A stretch of 64,000 bases of DNA from Azolla caroliniana (GCA_043228905.1 JBHGNT010000011.1:4154001-4218000); one strand, 5' to 3'; shown: positions 1-16,238, counted from the first letter of the stretch. Notes: a model not told the origin generated them from the sequence alone. Translations and numbers: made by a program.

Positions 1-13
1 ATTTGCCCCGGTA

Positions 14-1318
14 GTGAAGATGACCTCCATCCGGACGGTGCTGAGCATAGCGGCAAGCATGGACCTCGAGGTAGAACAGATGGACGTGAAGACGGCATTC
101 CTTCACGGTGACCTCGAAGAAGAGATCTACATGCAGCAACCGGAAGGATTCGAGAAGAAAGGGAAGGAGCACCTGGTATGCCGGTTGAAGAAGAGCCTTT
201 ACGGACTGAAGCAGGCTCCCCGGCAATGGTACCGGAAGTTCGACTCTTTCATGACCGACGAAGGGTACCACAAAACGCAGTCCGATCACTGCGTGTTTGT
301 GAAGAAGTTCGAAGGAGGAGACTTTCTAATACTCCTCCTGTACGTGGACGGCATGTTGATCTTCGGACGGGACCAGGTCAAGATACGGATGCTGAAGAAA
401 GCGCTTCACCGAACCTTCTCAATGAAGGACCTAGGTCCGGCGAGGCAAATACTAGGGATGCACATCATCCCGGACCGGAAGAAGAAGCAGTTGTGGCTGT
501 CACAGGAGAAGTACGTGACAAAGGTGCTTCACCGGTTCAACATGTCGGAAGCAAGACCGGTCGGGTCAACCCTCCCGGCAAACTGCAAGTTGTCCAGCAA
601 GCAAAGCCCCAAGACAAAGGCTGAGAAGGAGGACATGATGAAAGTACCATATGCCTCTGCCGTCGGAAGCTTGATGTACGCAATGGTGTGTACAAGACCG
701 GACATAGGATATGCAATCGGAGTGGTGAGCCGGTACATGAGCAATCCCGGCAAAGAGCACTGGAACGCGACCAAGTGGATACTCCGATACCTGAAGGGCA
801 CGGCAAACGTGTGCCTCCGATTCGGCTCCGGTAAGCCCGAACTCGACGGCTTTACCGATTCGGATATGTCGGCTGATGCAGATACCAGCCGGTCCACATC
901 AGGGTATGTGATGACGTATGCAGGGGGAGCTGTTTCGTGGCAGTCGAGGCTACAGAAGACGGTTGCGTTGTCAACCACGGAGGCGGAGTACATGGCGGCT
1001 GTTGAAGCCGGCAAGGAAATAATATGGATGAAGGACTTCATTAGAGAGCTCGGTATCCGGCAGGAGGAGTACCGACTCTACTACGACAGTCAGAGTGCCA
1101 TCCACCTTGCGAAGAACGCGGCCTATCACTCTCAGACAAAGCACATCCAGCGAAGATATCACTGGATCCGGGAAAGGATAGAAGACCAGGAGTTCGTGCT
1201 GACGAAGATCCACACGGACGAGAACGGGTCAGATATGCTGACCAAAGTGCTAACACCCGACAAGCTGGAAGCGTGCCGGAAGAGGGTCGGACTGGAAAGA
1301 CATCCCATGCCGAAGTGA
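14..1318 (+). CDS. copia pol C-terminus (RT + RNase H), cut by the window edge; YVDD reads YVDG
   Basis: 434-aa open frame with copia RT/RNaseH motifs. The catalytic YVDD is mutated to YVDG, so it is probably inactive. Confidence 0.85.
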   Translation: MKMTSIRTVLSIAASMDLEVEQMDVKTAFLHGDLEEEIYMQQPEGFEKKGKEHLVCRLKKSLYGLKQAPRQWYRKFDSFMTDEGYHKTQSDHCVFVKKFEGGDFLILLLYVDGMLIFGRDQVKIRMLKKALHRTFSMKDLGPARQILGMHIIPDRKKKQLWLSQEKYVTKVLHRFNMSEARPVGSTLPANCKLSSKQSPKTKAEKEDMMKVPYASAVGSLMYAMVCTRPDIGYAIGVVSRYMSNPGKEHWNATKWILRYLKGTANVCLRFGSGKPELDGFTDSDMSADADTSRSTSGYVMTYAGGAVSWQSRLQKTVALSTTEAEYMAAVEAGKEIIWMKDFIRELGIRQEEYRLYYDSQSAIHLAKNAAYHSQTKHIQRRYHWIRERIEDQEFVLTKIHTDENGSDMLTKVLTPDKLEACRKRVGLERHPMPK

Positions 1319-1328
1319 AGAGGGAGTT

Positions 1329-1940
1329 TGTTGGGATTACGGTCCCTCCGGATGGGATGGTCGGATGTCCGGGATCCGGATGATGAAGACCCCGTTCCGG
1401 ATGATGAAGACCCGGTTCCGGATCCGGATGATGAAGACCCCGGCTACGGAGCCGGATGACGAATGTACCCGGAGAGAGATCCGGATGCGGGGACATATTT
1501 GTGAATATGTTTGCCAAGGGCCCTTGAGGCTATATTTGTAAATAGCCCGAAAGTCATATGTGTATAAATATGACTTAGGGCAAACAGTTTTGTAGTTGTT
1601 GCTCATTTTTGTTTTCCACTCAGAGGGAGTGAAGTGAGAGTAGCAGAGAGAGAGAGAGAGAGAGAAAGGAAGAGGTCGATGCCTCTGTGTAATACCGCCG
1701 CCTGTGGCGAGGACAGCGAGCTCAAGGTCGTCGCCTTGCAGCTCGCCATTGTACATACCCTGCGTATAGTGATAGTTGGAGTCTTGCACTCCCGTGGTTT
1801 TTTCCCGTCTAGGGTTTTCCACGTTAAACCCTGTGCATTCGAGTCTCTCTCTGTGTTTTCGATTTTCTGCTGCATTGATTCGTGTTTCCTCGGTTGTGGC
1901 CGAGAGGTGAAGAAGGTTTTGAAAGCGTCAATTCCTAACA
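1329..1940 (+). repeat. 3' LTR of the copia element, with a CCGG-rich tandem array near 1370-1470
   Basis: TG...CA termini, follows a PPT, and shares the gtccctccggatggga and gggttttccacgtt modules with other LTRs in the window. Confidence 0.88.
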
Positions 1941-2680
1941 AGGGAAGTTGAAGCCAACACTGAAACAAAGGAGCCGACAGGTCGAGGGGCACTAATGTCG
2001 CGACAGCAAGGGAGGTAAGAAAGGCCAGAGGACCAGACAAGCAGACCGAGGAGGTCGAAGAGCGTGGGACCAGATGGGCTGAGGAGCGCATGCCAGGAGA
2101 CAAACTAGCAGGAGGAGGCGAGGCGAAGAACCGACAAAGCAGAAGGAACCTCAAGTTGAGCTTAAGGAGGAGTGTTGAGAAGCAAGCTCAACATGGGCCG
2201 GATCGGCTGAACAAGCCGAGAGCCGGATTGGATCAGTGAGAAGGATCGGAAAACCGAATCCACGAGGAGTTAGTAGGCCGTTAGAGGCCTACGATCCTAG
2301 TTTAGTAGGTAGTTATATTTTTGGGAGTTAGTGTTAGTAGCTCAGTTATGAGCATTGAGATACTTGTTAGTACTTCTGACCGTCCTTTAAGGATTTGTAT
2401 AAAAGTGCTCTCTAAGCACGTTTGTTTGTAAAAAGAACATATTTTTTTAATCTAAGTTTGGTCTTCTGCTCTCTCTGTCTCTCTCGCGTATTGTGTCCTT
2501 CCCTTGTTTTTTGTTGTTGTCTGGCTGAGCCGATTGAGTTCTGTTTAGCTTCCGCACGTTAATCTTTTCATAGACTCTTGTGCCGAGCGCACACCAATAC
2601 CATGTGCAACTCAAAGCCCATATTGATGGTATGGGACACCGTTCACGGCTTAGGTCCATCTTTATCCCTTCACTCAGGGG
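1941..2680 (+). mobile_element. 3' end of another LTR element (host of the first): PPT and LTR starting at 2173; right end uncertain
   Basis: ttgagcttaaggaggag|TGTTGAG is a typical copia PPT/LTR junction. The LTR end is not resolved. Confidence 0.55.
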
Positions 2681-4358
2681 TGGTCATCTGGATTGACACC
2701 CTTCTTTTTCTCTGTCTCTTCATTTTCTTATACTTACATTAGAATATTTCTATTGCTACCCTAATTATTATTTAGTTGCAAATACATATATAAAGCTTTT
2801 CGTTCATGTTATCAAGTATCATGTTAGAGTCTAAAAACTAGTGTTTCTATTATTTATGATTCTTATTACATCTTGAATATGTTGTCTCTTCTCATCAAAG
2901 CACAATATATAAGTTCAATGTTCAAACCATTGATTAACTTACAATATCATTTTATAAGATGATTTTTGGTGTCCAATAGCAACTTCAAGATGGCAATATA
3001 ACAATCTCAAATTGCCCAAACAACAATCTCTTATATGATATTTAAAGATAGTGCTCCAACATGATATTATATATTATATATAGCACCTAATATCTCTTTT
3101 TTTTTTTGCATACTTGCATGCAAGTGAAAAATAACAATCTCAATTGGTAAAGGTATCATACACAAAAGCATGCAAACTTAAGAAAAAACTTTTTATGAAT
3201 CTAGTTTGTGCATACAATTTCACCAGTCTAGATTAGGGCAATGGTTTTGGAATTGGTTTGAATATTTATAACTCTTGAAATTTACCTCCAATTTTCATGA
3301 GCTCAATGGTTGTCCAAAATACAAGGCTCACAAACTACATGATAAACATGGTATATTTCCTATTAATTCTACTACTTAAATGCTTGATGCACGAATTCAT
3401 ATAAATCGTACACAAAACAATTTAGAAAATTAATCCTAGTTTTTCCCAACAATTATGCACGGTTTTTGGAAAAACAAGAAACCTATATTATAAAAAAATC
3501 AAGTATTCATTACCAAGAGTGGAGATGCAATACTCAAATGAACAATGAACACCACTATTTTGTATCGTCCAAACATACCCATATAACCTCATCAAAAATT
3601 TGTTTTCTTGACATTCTATAATATTGAGTAAATCTTAAGCTCATCCTCTTGCAAGTTTAATGTGTTTCAAAGAGTGAGATTAACACTCAAGTTAGATTCT
3701 GTAATATGCTTCGTTGGATATGACTTAGATGTTGTGAATGGGCAACACGATGAAATGCACTACCAGCAAGATATCTTAAGCATTTACTCATAGTTTAAAC
3801 ACTAAATGAAACATGTTCTTTTTATATGCATTCGCCAAGTATAATGTCAAAATCTCTTGCTTATTAACATTTCCTTTAAAGGAAAATGATATTGTTTTCA
3901 CTATTTTTTCTATTGTGGAAAACGTGTCGCTATCAATTTCGTAAACCCATGTTTAAGGAGGAAAGTAGTCCTATGAATGATCTAAAACTAAAATTCCCTC
4001 GGGATAGAAATCCAAACCCATAACGAAAAATCGATGGATAAGACATGATGAACACGATGAACCTAATCATACCATGGAATGTTCAACTCGTTAGTCTCTC
4101 AAAATGAACCAAAAGAGAGGGGTTAAGTAGGTTGGGCAATTTCATAGTAACCATAGATTAAGGTTTTTTTTAATAGGTACAACATTCAACCCATTCCTCC
4201 ATTTGTATTGTGGAACATATGTAAACCTCAATGGTGCGAAGCCATTTTTTTCAAGTGCAAACTATACTAAAATGATTGTGATTTTGCAAACTAAGCAAGA
4301 CATGAAATCCATTCACTTGAGAGTTGGACCCACTACCATAATGTTCCAAAGCATATTA

Positions 4359-4842
4359 TGTTAGAAAATGGGATCGGCCACAACCGGTTCACAAGCAACA
4401 ATGAAGAATGACGAGAACACGAAGAACAAAAAAACATCGAGACACAATATTTAACGTGGAAAACCCAGAGAGGGAAAAACCACGAGAGTACACAAACTCC
4501 GAACAATATCACTATGGTTTCTCACTCTCTCTCTCCTACTCACTCTCGTTACACACTCTAATACACTAGTTACAAAATGCACACACACATATCTAAATGT
4601 TTTGCCCTATGTGTATTTATACTAATACACACTATGGGCTATTTACAAATATGACCCAGTCGGCTTTACCTGATTTGGCTATTAGCCAAGTCGGTTATTG
4701 GTCGATCATCGGTCAATCGATTTTTTGGCCTCGACCGAGTTAGCTATCGACTAATTTAACTTATCTCACTAGTTGGTGCTAAATCGGCTCCTAACAATCC
4801 GAATTGTCTTCTTCCCATCCGGAGGGACTAGTTTTCCCAACG
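4359..4842 (-). mobile_element. Solo LTR of the Tork-like copia family
   Basis: Reverse-complement similarity to LTR 1329-1940 (acgtggaaaaccc..gggaaaaaccacg; cccatccggagggac). Termini are TGTTAG...CCCAACG and flanks tatta/tattc form an imperfect 5-bp TSD. Confidence 0.8.
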
Positions 4843-5158
4843 TATTCTTTAGATCACTAAACTATCACGATTTTAAATAATAAACAAGTGTGATATTTAG
4901 ATATTCTACAAGCTCACTTGCGGAGCCTTACTTTTTTGTACATAAATGCAATGCAATTTCCTTACAATAGTTCTATTTATAATGATTATTACTTTGCTTC
5001 TATATCACCTATGGAGATTATGTCTTGTTACGAGGATTATTCTCATTCTTACTTTGCCTCTATGTCACCTCTTGAGATTATGTATTACTTGAGAAATGTA
5101 CCCTTGGTTTCATGCAAATGATGCATCAAAGGTTCCTCGAACAATGTTCTCAATCCAC

Positions 5159-5350
5159 CTCCTAATCAATAAAATATTTCCACATTGAGCTAATCACAAG
5201 ATTAGCTTCATAGTCAACAAAATATTTCCACTTTGAGCAAATCACAAGATTAACCTCCTAATCAACAAAATATTTCCACGTTGAGCTAATCACAAGATTA
5301 ACCTCATAGTCAACAAAATATTTCCACTTTGAGCGAATCACAAGATTAAC
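5159..5350. repeat. Tandem repeat, 4 x 48 bp, alternating A-B-A-B
   Basis: Unit ctcctaatcaacaaaatatttccacgttgagctaatcacaagattaac. Units 1 and 3 share variants, as do units 2 and 4. Confidence 0.92.
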
Positions 5351-8300
5351 TAGACTACAAATTGACACATGGAACGAAAATGGGAATAAATGGCTGCATT
5401 TTTTCTATTTCTTTGTCCACAAGTTGATGGCAACAAACACTTCCATAACGTATCTAATTCGAGTTTTGTGTTTAGAATAGCATAAGGGATGAATAATCTA
5501 GGTCCCCTTGCTCACAATGTTGTGGCATGTACATCATGATTTATATGTTTTACAATAAGAAGTGTGATAGGTTGAAATAATGCATGCTAATTGTTCCCAT
5601 TGTATAAATCATGTTCTTACCTATGGAGCACATCCTACTAATGAATTTCATCTTTTAACAATCCAAAAAAAAGGGATCTAATCACTCATGAAATGTTTCA
5701 AGTGTTATTTCTCTTGATCGCTATGGCATAAGACAATATGCATTTGGTCATTTGTATTAGCTTCACATAAATATCTCTATCTGGGTAATGATTCTCGTAT
5801 GAGTATACATATACATATTCACATATGTGAGCTTTTCTATCTAGCTACATGCAATTCTTCTATCCAAAATGGTTTTGAGAATTAGCTTTTTTCACAACCT
5901 AATACTTGAAAACAATAGCATCGCTCTAATCTCTTGAACAACAGCTTTACAAATGCGTTTTGTCATAACCCTATAGTGGGAAAGAATAGCTTTGCCCTTC
6001 CCTAGGAAACAATGCTCCTGAAAAAATGGCTTTACAAATTCACTTTTCTGTGGGAAACAATAACGTTGCCCTTACTCATACACTGAAGATTGCTTTAACA
6101 ATTTTATCTTTTTCACAAGCAAATGGTTGCATTGTCCCATGCTACCGTTGTTTATTTTTTGTGCAATGCATTAGTATAAGACAATCATTTAAAAAATGTT
6201 TTTATTATGTATACACTTAAAGGAAATAGTTGTGGCAACAACATGCCCAACGAGTACTGTACCCTATGTACTCAAATGCCTCCACCCCTACCCAAAAAAG
6301 AATAGCCACCTTGAATCACGATGATAGAGAAAGCACAATAAGGCCATGCATAACCCATTATGATGAATTTTGGACATATATAATGAATTTTTTCATACTA
6401 AATCTCATGATGACCAGAATACTCACACCTTCGCATACCAACATAATAGTTCCATTTAAAATCAAGGTAGGACAAACCATCTCACCTAGTAATAGAATGA
6501 CTTGTTTTGTGAGCAATCTTGTCCATGTATTTTTTAATATTATATCTATATACCTTTGTCAATGCTTTAAGGTTAGGGCATAATTCCATTCTAGTTTAAA
6601 AGTTTGAATGATGTTATGTATTCAGTCATGAAACACCATATTATGTGCCCAAGGAACCTATGTTGTAGACTTTGAATATTGCCTCCATTAAGAACATGCA
6701 ATATTGTGTAGTAGTCAAAAGTTTACCCTCATTCCCATTTTTATAAATAAGAGATTGTCCCGTGCCACATGCTTGATCATGAGAATACATTATACCGTAC
6801 TTTGACATGCACATAAAGATGCCAAGCAATTGCATGTATGTGCCAGCATAGAGAATTGAGCTCATGTATTTGTCCCATTCATCATAACACACATCTCACC
6901 CCGACAACAAAGCCAACATACTTTTCCTTGTTATAACTCCAACCTCCAACACAATGTAGGTTAGAATAGAAATTGGTTTTAATTGTAGGTTTATATTCAA
7001 TACATCGTTTTTATGGTAAACTTTGAAAGTACAGTGGACGGCATAAACAAAGTGCAATGCGGTCCAACATAGGAAACCCACCAAGAGATCATCAAGTTCG
7101 AAAATTTATGCATGAACTTACTAACAAAATCAATAAATCTCACATGCAAAATTATAGTAAATTTTCCTTATGTGGAAAAATATACTTTGTTTCTCTTACA
7201 TTCATCCAGAGTCTTCGATATCACAAATGTGTAACACACCTAATGATGTGAAAGAGATTCTAGGCAGGGAAGTTGTAACATATAATTACGATGTGAATGA
7301 TGTTTGTTGCGAGTTGTTTAGAAGGGGAGATGAGAGGTCCTACAACCCCAACCCTAAATTGGCCCATCAAATTTGATATATTAAATTGGTGAAGTAATGG
7401 TGCCATGCCTCATTAATACATTTGTTTGGCAAGCATGCCATATTTGGAGCCTAGATGCATGGGATCTCTGGGTTACAAATTTGTCAACTTGGAAAATTGA
7501 GATGGAGTATTGATTGATCAAGTTTTTTTTTGCACTCTCCTACCCTAATCTAGACATAGAGGTGCTTCCTCCCCAATAAAGAATCTCATTCCAAATTTGT
7601 TTATGCTAAAATTTTGTGAAATGGGACACGTGACGTTGTTTGTCGGTGAACAAGTTTAGGCGAAGATTATAGGGAAAAAATAAAGCACAAAGGTTTTTTT
7701 TTTTGCTATTTTTAAAAATACATCTATCAAACGCGTTCTTCCAAATAATGTATTCTTTGTCCCTTTTTTATTTCTCCCTCCCCTCTTAGTTGTTGATCTC
7801 TCCATTGGTGATAATTTATTTAGTAGGTAACTATTGAAAAAGAGGTGAATTATATCATAGCAAGTTCTAAAGATATTCCATGGTGGAGCTTACATATATC
7901 ATGTTTTGCGTGACATGTCATGTCACCATTCTTTCGGCGTTAAGGTATTGTTACTGGTGCATGACAATCGATTTTATTTTGTCAATTTTTATTTCCCTTC
8001 ATAATTATTTAAAACCCCATATGCTAAAAGGTTCGACAAGGGTTTTCACGACATCTTGCCTCCCCTACCTAGTGGGCTTTTGTGGAGGAAGCTAAAGCTT
8101 TAGCCCTCCCTATCGAAGGAGTTGATGTTTGACTATCTTAGGTATCCATATCTACATTTCAAGAAATGTCCCATTGTTTGATGGTCTCCATGGAGTGCTA
8201 CACAAGTACATTGGCTCAGAGGAAAAAACAAATTTGGAGTTCTCACAACTCCCCCTTACAAACATTGTGTCCCCAAAAGAGTTACCGTTTGTATAGAAAC

Positions 8301-10631
8301 TCTTACAAATCTTATAAGGTTTATATTGCTATAAATATCCTCATTATTGCATGGGGACCAACAATGTTTTTTGTGTTTTGTTGTTCATATACCATCTTAG
8401 ATATAGGTAGGTAGGTAGGTAGATTTAATCATCACCACCATCATCGAGGGCCAAATATGACCTATAAGACCAAAAATGAAACATTTTCACATAGCATGTG
8501 TGGAACTGAGTAGTGACTCTCAATGTTCAATAATCTTACTGATGAAAATTGCAATTGAGAGTGTGCATTGTGATTTGTGAGTGGACCCAACCAGATCAAC
8601 CATTTGTGGAAAATAAACTTGAATGTGGTCAAAGGCCAAGCATTGTATCAATATGCGATACTCAAATTCCCAAACTTGTTCAAGGGAAAATATGCATTGT
8701 CAACGAATCTTTTTTATTGTGCCCCCAACATTTCACTTTACATAGAAGAGAATGCGAGCTAAATCATCTGAAAGGAATGTTGCAAATAGTGGACGAAGGG
8801 ATGGGTTCTAACATGTATCAACGAGTGCCATTTCCATGTTTAGTGACGAAGATGGTTTTGTAGTTTGGTGCAATATATGCTACACAATACATGAAATGTG
8901 AGTGTTTACATATTTCCAAAGTCACAATGCATTGGCCTTGCAATGAAACCTCATTTGTGGAGGTATCTATTGACATATCATGAAGCAAATGTAATGCATC
9001 CCATCTTCTAAATCTTTTCTTCATATATTCCATCCATTCAAAACCCAAACATTCGAGTTTTGATGTGTCTTCTGGAATCCTTTTAATTGCTTCCCACGTG
9101 ATTCTAAAAAGTTGTTGCAAGGGGTTTACTTGAATTGTAATTATGTTCTCAACAACCTTTACGTGGCCATGGTGATGATCTCAATGAGAAGTAATATGGT
9201 TCAAGAAGTTGGAGCATGTGTATAAATAAACATTTGTAGCTCGAAGAAACTTCACAAGAAAGCAACCTTGAAAATTTTCAAACATTTTCCGAGTAGACTT
9301 CTAGAGGCATAGATCAACCCTAACCCTAACTTCTCTTTTCAAAGTGGGTATCTATAGATAAGCTCTTGCTCAGTTGGTAAGGTTGTTCCTTGGAGATCAA
9401 AAGGTGATGGATTGATCCAAACCTACATTCCACAAATGGCATCTAATAAATTGAGAGGATATACATGAAGTAATAGAGAGGTAACTTGGTAAGTAAATTG
9501 GGTCTTACCCAAGACCTAGGGCTAATAGTCTAACGATATACCATTACGGGTAAGGTGATTACGATAAGAAAAGGACAAAGGTTATCCAATGGTTAGCACT
9601 AGAATAAGCTAATTACACAAAAACACAAATTGCATTGCATCTCTTCGGAGAGTATGAGCTCAATCGTTTGATAAAATGATATGCCCTATATAGTTGAGAA
9701 GAAATAATATATGGTGGAAGGAAGATGTGTGAAAGTATTGAGGGATTTGCCTGATGACTTAACACTAGAGAGAACACAATGGTTTATAGAATAAGATCAT
9801 TGTTTGATAGGAACTTGGAGATTGTGCGCGACACTCCACACCTTGCATTTCCATAAGAAGAGAATGTGTAGTAGTGTAAAGCCAAGGAGAGGAGTGAAAA
9901 AGTGTAAACCCCGGAAGCTCTCTATTTCTTTTGTGCCCTCGAGCCCCCTTTCTCATTACACTGTGTTCGTTCTTTGTTAGTTCTCGATGCATCCTTGGGC
10001 TGGTCTCTCGTCTCGAGCAACCGTTGTGAGCGAGTTCAGATGGGGGCGATGGATGGAGCCGATTGCTCTGTCTTCCTCTTTCATTCATTCATTCATTCAT
10101 TTGTGAGGGTCGGGATGAGGAATCGAGTGGTGGTGGTGGTGGCCGATACAGATGGCCCCCATTCATCGATCGATTGATTCATCGAGACAAGACACACACA
10201 CACAAAAGTCTTTCTCTCTTGCTCTCTCCTCCCCAGCTTCTATCTCTTACATTCAGGGGGGATGGATGGATGGATGGGATGGGGCTCTGGGGGTCAGGCT
10301 GAGGAATCGGGTGGCGGTGGCGGTGGCTGATACCGATGGCCCATCCATCAATTCATTGAGACAGGCAGGCAGGCAAACAGAGAGACATCAGTGCTCTTCT
10401 TTTGTGTGTGTATTGTGTGTGTGAATGCACCCTTAACCCCACCCCACACACTCACACTCAAAGTCTTCTCTCTCTCTCTCTCTCTCTTCCCCTGCTTCTG
10501 ATTCTGCTTCAAAAGAAGAAGAAGAAAACACTTGGGGTTCTCTGCTAATTTTGGTTCTTCTGTATCTCTGTCTCTGTGTGCTGTAGTTTCCTTCTCCTTC
10601 GACGCTTCCAGTCGAATCGATCCTTCTGTTC

Positions 10632-10677
10632 ATCTCCATCTCCATCTCCATCTCCATCTCCATCTCCATCTCCATCT

Positions 10678-10726
<49 letters not shown>
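10632..10726 (+). repeat. (CTCCAT)n + (CT)n microsatellite in the calmodulin 5' leader
   Basis: Directly visible; ends 3 nt before the ATG. Confidence 0.9.
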
Positions 10727-10728
<2 letters not shown>

Positions 10729-10729
10729 C

Positions 10730-12791
<2,062 letters not shown>

Positions 12792-14889
12792 CATTCTTCA
12801 AATATTGATTCCCATGTATTGTCATTGTTTTTTTCCATATTAAAGCTGCATGCTAGAGCAAAGACACTTTAGGGTTTGGAAGGAATTGATCTTGTGCACG
12901 TGTAAGAAATCTAAGGTTGCAGGTCATTCAGTGGTATTTTTTTTGGCTTTGAAAAGAATGGGGTTACTTCCAGAATGGTCTATAATGCTATTTTGAATGG
13001 GTCCAGTGAAAAACTCTGAAATATGGTTTCCTTTATTTTGCCCAAGTGCCCAGTTTTTGTTTTTTCTGGAAAAATACCTTTGTCCTACTAGTACCAAAAA
13101 AGATTTGATTTGGATTGACTTTCTAGTTGCTCAAAAGTAACATATAATCGAGAAGAAAGGGGATGAATTTGACGGTTTAGCTGTTCAATATAGGACATAT
13201 AATTGCTTGAGAGGGGGCTGACTCAAAGGAAATGATTAAAACTTAGAAACATGGTGAGGATACTTGGGGGTACATATTTCAGAGTTAATTTCTTAGGCTA
13301 TTAATGAACTGCTTTTGAATTGGATGATGATATTAGGCTGACAAGGATGTCATGTCCCTTAACTAAGTTGAGAAAGTAACAAGACATTTGGTACTGTGGG
13401 AAATATTCTAATGATGCTTACTCAGATATGTTTTGTAAGTAGAGCAAAGGCAGCAGGAAGATTGTTCCATCTTCCTTAACCATTCTGCCTTGAGGACTTT
13501 AACATAACATTCTGTCTTCCATCTTCCTAGAGTATTGTGAATCTAGGCAATTGAATGCATATTGAATTCAATGTCTGAATCCATGTATATGTCTTATATG
13601 CCTTTGCAGGCTCGTATTTATTCTCTCAGCCAAAACTTGGATTGAAAGCTCTTGGATATTTTGGCATGCAATATTACAATCAAACACTGTATCTGTGTAT
13701 GGCTTGTATATTTATTTATGCCTTGTTGATCATTCCTAAGTGCAGTGTAAATTGGTTTACCAAGTGCCTGCCGCAACTTTATTCTTTTATTGTGTGTTTG
13801 TGTACACTAGGCTTAGGTTTGATCAGCCTACACCACCGTAGGCTTAATTTTTATCTTGCTTGATAGAAAACATACCAAGATTCACGTTTTAACCCAAAGA
13901 GCAGATTCTACTTTAAAATATTGAACTGGGCTTTTTATCATGTTATGTTTTTTTTCACCAACATAACAAATGTTCAGGCGATTGGATATGGAAGATTTCT
14001 TTTTCTTCTCCTTTTGCCATGGAGTATGTAATTAAATGTTAGCTAGCTTTGTACATGCATATGAAGATTGTCACATGGATTGCCTTCTGATCAAAATTCA
14101 TCATGATTGGCCCTTCCCATATCATGGATCTGCTAGTAAGTTTTTGTAGTTAGACAAATTAGAGAGCTTTTCATTTTGGCTCCATCCACTTCGTGAGCTC
14201 TCATGTGCGCTAGTTCATATCTCTGTGTTTTGCTTCTGTTTTGACTGCCCTTCTGTTTTTCCTTGAATTGGATTGTTGAATTGTCACGTAGGTTATTCCT
14301 CTTTTACCCCTACATTAGATAGTAGTATAGTTAACACTAGGGGTTGTGTATCCTTCTTAACAATCTCCCTTCTGAACGAGGCTTTCATACAACTTTATGT
14401 GCTTTCTCATCCTACTCTGATTGGCAAATTTGATTGTTGAAAGTTAACATGACTAAGTCATATTCTATACTCTGAAGTGAGACTAAGCATTCATCTAACC
14501 TTTTGTAATCACCCAATAGTTTAAAGTCACTGTAGGTTTGGTGGTGGTTTGTTTCTTTCAAAACACTATCTTGGATCTTACTCTTGAACTGTGCACCCTT
14601 TTTCTCTTATAATTATGAATTTGGGCACCTCAGATAAAATCACGTGTAGGCTTGTAGCATCATTTAATGAATTCAGGGATTTCTAAAGTAAGAGTTGGAA
14701 CAAATGATATATATTGGGTGTGGAAAGGAAATATGGGGTTTGAAGTTGTGATAGGTTACAATTATTCGCAATACTTGCAGCAAATTGATGTGATACGATA
14801 TTTTTTAGCTCAGATGTTCAGGTTTTGGCCTTTCATACATCTGCACAACACAATGAGAGATCATGGTTGTATACATACATTCTTCTATT

Positions 14890-15320
14890 TGCAGCAAACA
14901 AACTTCTTTTGTAAGCAACCTGATAGATAATGACTACACAAGGTACAAAGCAACAACACAATCTCATATAACTATTGGCTCTTGTGTTTCACATGATAAA
15001 CAACTTCTAAAACCAAGCAAGCCTTAGATAGGTAATGATTATGTGAGGTACAAAGCAAGAATGCAATCGCATATAACTTTTGCCCTTGTGTTTGGCAATA
15101 TGATCATGCAGCAAACAAACTTCTTTTGTAAGCAACCTGATAGATAATGACTACATAAGGTACAAAGCAACAACACAATGTCATATAACTATTAGCTCTT
15201 GTGTTTCACATGATAAACAACTTCTAAAACCAACCAAGCCTTTGACAGTAATATGACTATGTGAGGTACAAAGCAAGAATGCAATCTCATATAACTTTTG
15301 CCCTTGTGTTGGCAATTACA
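14890..15320. repeat. Tandem duplication, 2 x ~217 bp, each with an internal ~108-bp sub-repeat
   Basis: tgcagcaaacaaacttcttttgtaagcaacc at 14890 and 15107. aggtacaaagcaa..catataact occurs four times. Confidence 0.85.
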
Positions 15321-16238
15321 CATGATAAACAACTATTTAATAAATCATTTACATATTTAATAGCATGTAGTTATCTGTTGCCAAGGTCATTCTTACAATT
15401 CATGGAATTATGTATCAACTTCAATTCACAACAATGTCAACAAGGTATGTATATTCTTGAAGATGTGCTTGGAAAGGCAATGCCATGCTTTTTGATGCCA
15501 CCCAAACAATGGATGTGACAAAGAACTACTTCTATGTTAATTGCAAACTCTGTTGTCACCCAATTTATCAAACGAGTATGAGGTTATGTCTAAATGTAGT
15601 GAAACTCACAAAGCTCTGACACCATGCCAACCACAAACTTTTGAAAATAATCACATATTTATAATCACAACAGTGATCTAGATGACATATATTGCCATGT
15701 CTAAAAACATGTTGGCATAACTATGTCTCTTTTAAAAAAATATCGAAGGCAACAAAAATGTCTACATAACTTTTAAGATAACAAAAAAGTCTACATACTT
15801 TCGAAGCTAGTGAATATATGATTGCCATCGAGAAGTGGTGTCAAGCATGTTTAACCTCTGCATCATTGCCAAAGTATAGTAAAATGTTTTGAGAAGAATG
15901 TATTGTAACTCCAATGAAGTGAGTCAAACTTTCTGAATTAGTACAGGTGTCCTCTTGAAACAAGCCCAATTAATACTTGGTTAGGTGTTTATTCCTCTTT
16001 CAAATAAATGTAGAGGTGCTCTTGTCTGAATAAATTGTCTATCTACATCTTTAACTTCTTTTGAACGTTAGCTATAGCTTTGTGGCTGTGACACATTTTG
16101 CCTTTGGATCTGAGCCTGACATGTGATGATTATTAATTTAAATTATGTGAGGAACTAATGAAAGAATTATTCCTGAGACATGTCGACCAACATTGTTTTA
16201 ACAATCCATTGGCACACAAACATGGGTTTAAAGACATA

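Larger units (their letters stand above)
1..1940 (+). mobile_element. Ty1/copia (Tnt1/Tork-like) LTR retrotransposon, 3' part: RT-RNaseH, PPT, 3' LTR
   Basis: ORF 14-1318 has MDVKTAFLHGDL, LKKSLYGLKQAPRQW and SWQSRLQKTVALSTTEAEY motifs. Purine tract gaagtgaagagggag precedes an LTR running TGTTGG(1329)...CTAACA(1940). Confidence 0.93.
2700..9300 (-). pseudogene. Heavily decayed AT-rich retroelement remnants (gypsy-like gag/RT traces)
   Basis: Short minus-strand traces such as KWLRTIEVY..EEWV (~4190-4250) and YKTIFVTKHG (~8830-8860). CpG-depleted, with no long ORF. Confidence 0.35.

Noticed and set aside
5159-5350. CRISPR-like array
   Set aside because: Units are contiguous with no unique spacers, there are no cas genes, and the context is eukaryotic.
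9316-9331. Telomere-like (AACCCT)2
   Set aside because: Too short and not at a definable junction; could be a telo-box-like motif or chance.
10117-10355. Two copies of gaggaatcg.gtgg..ggtggc.gatac.gatggccc upstream of CaM
   Set aside because: Short local duplication in low-complexity sequence, with no evidence of function.
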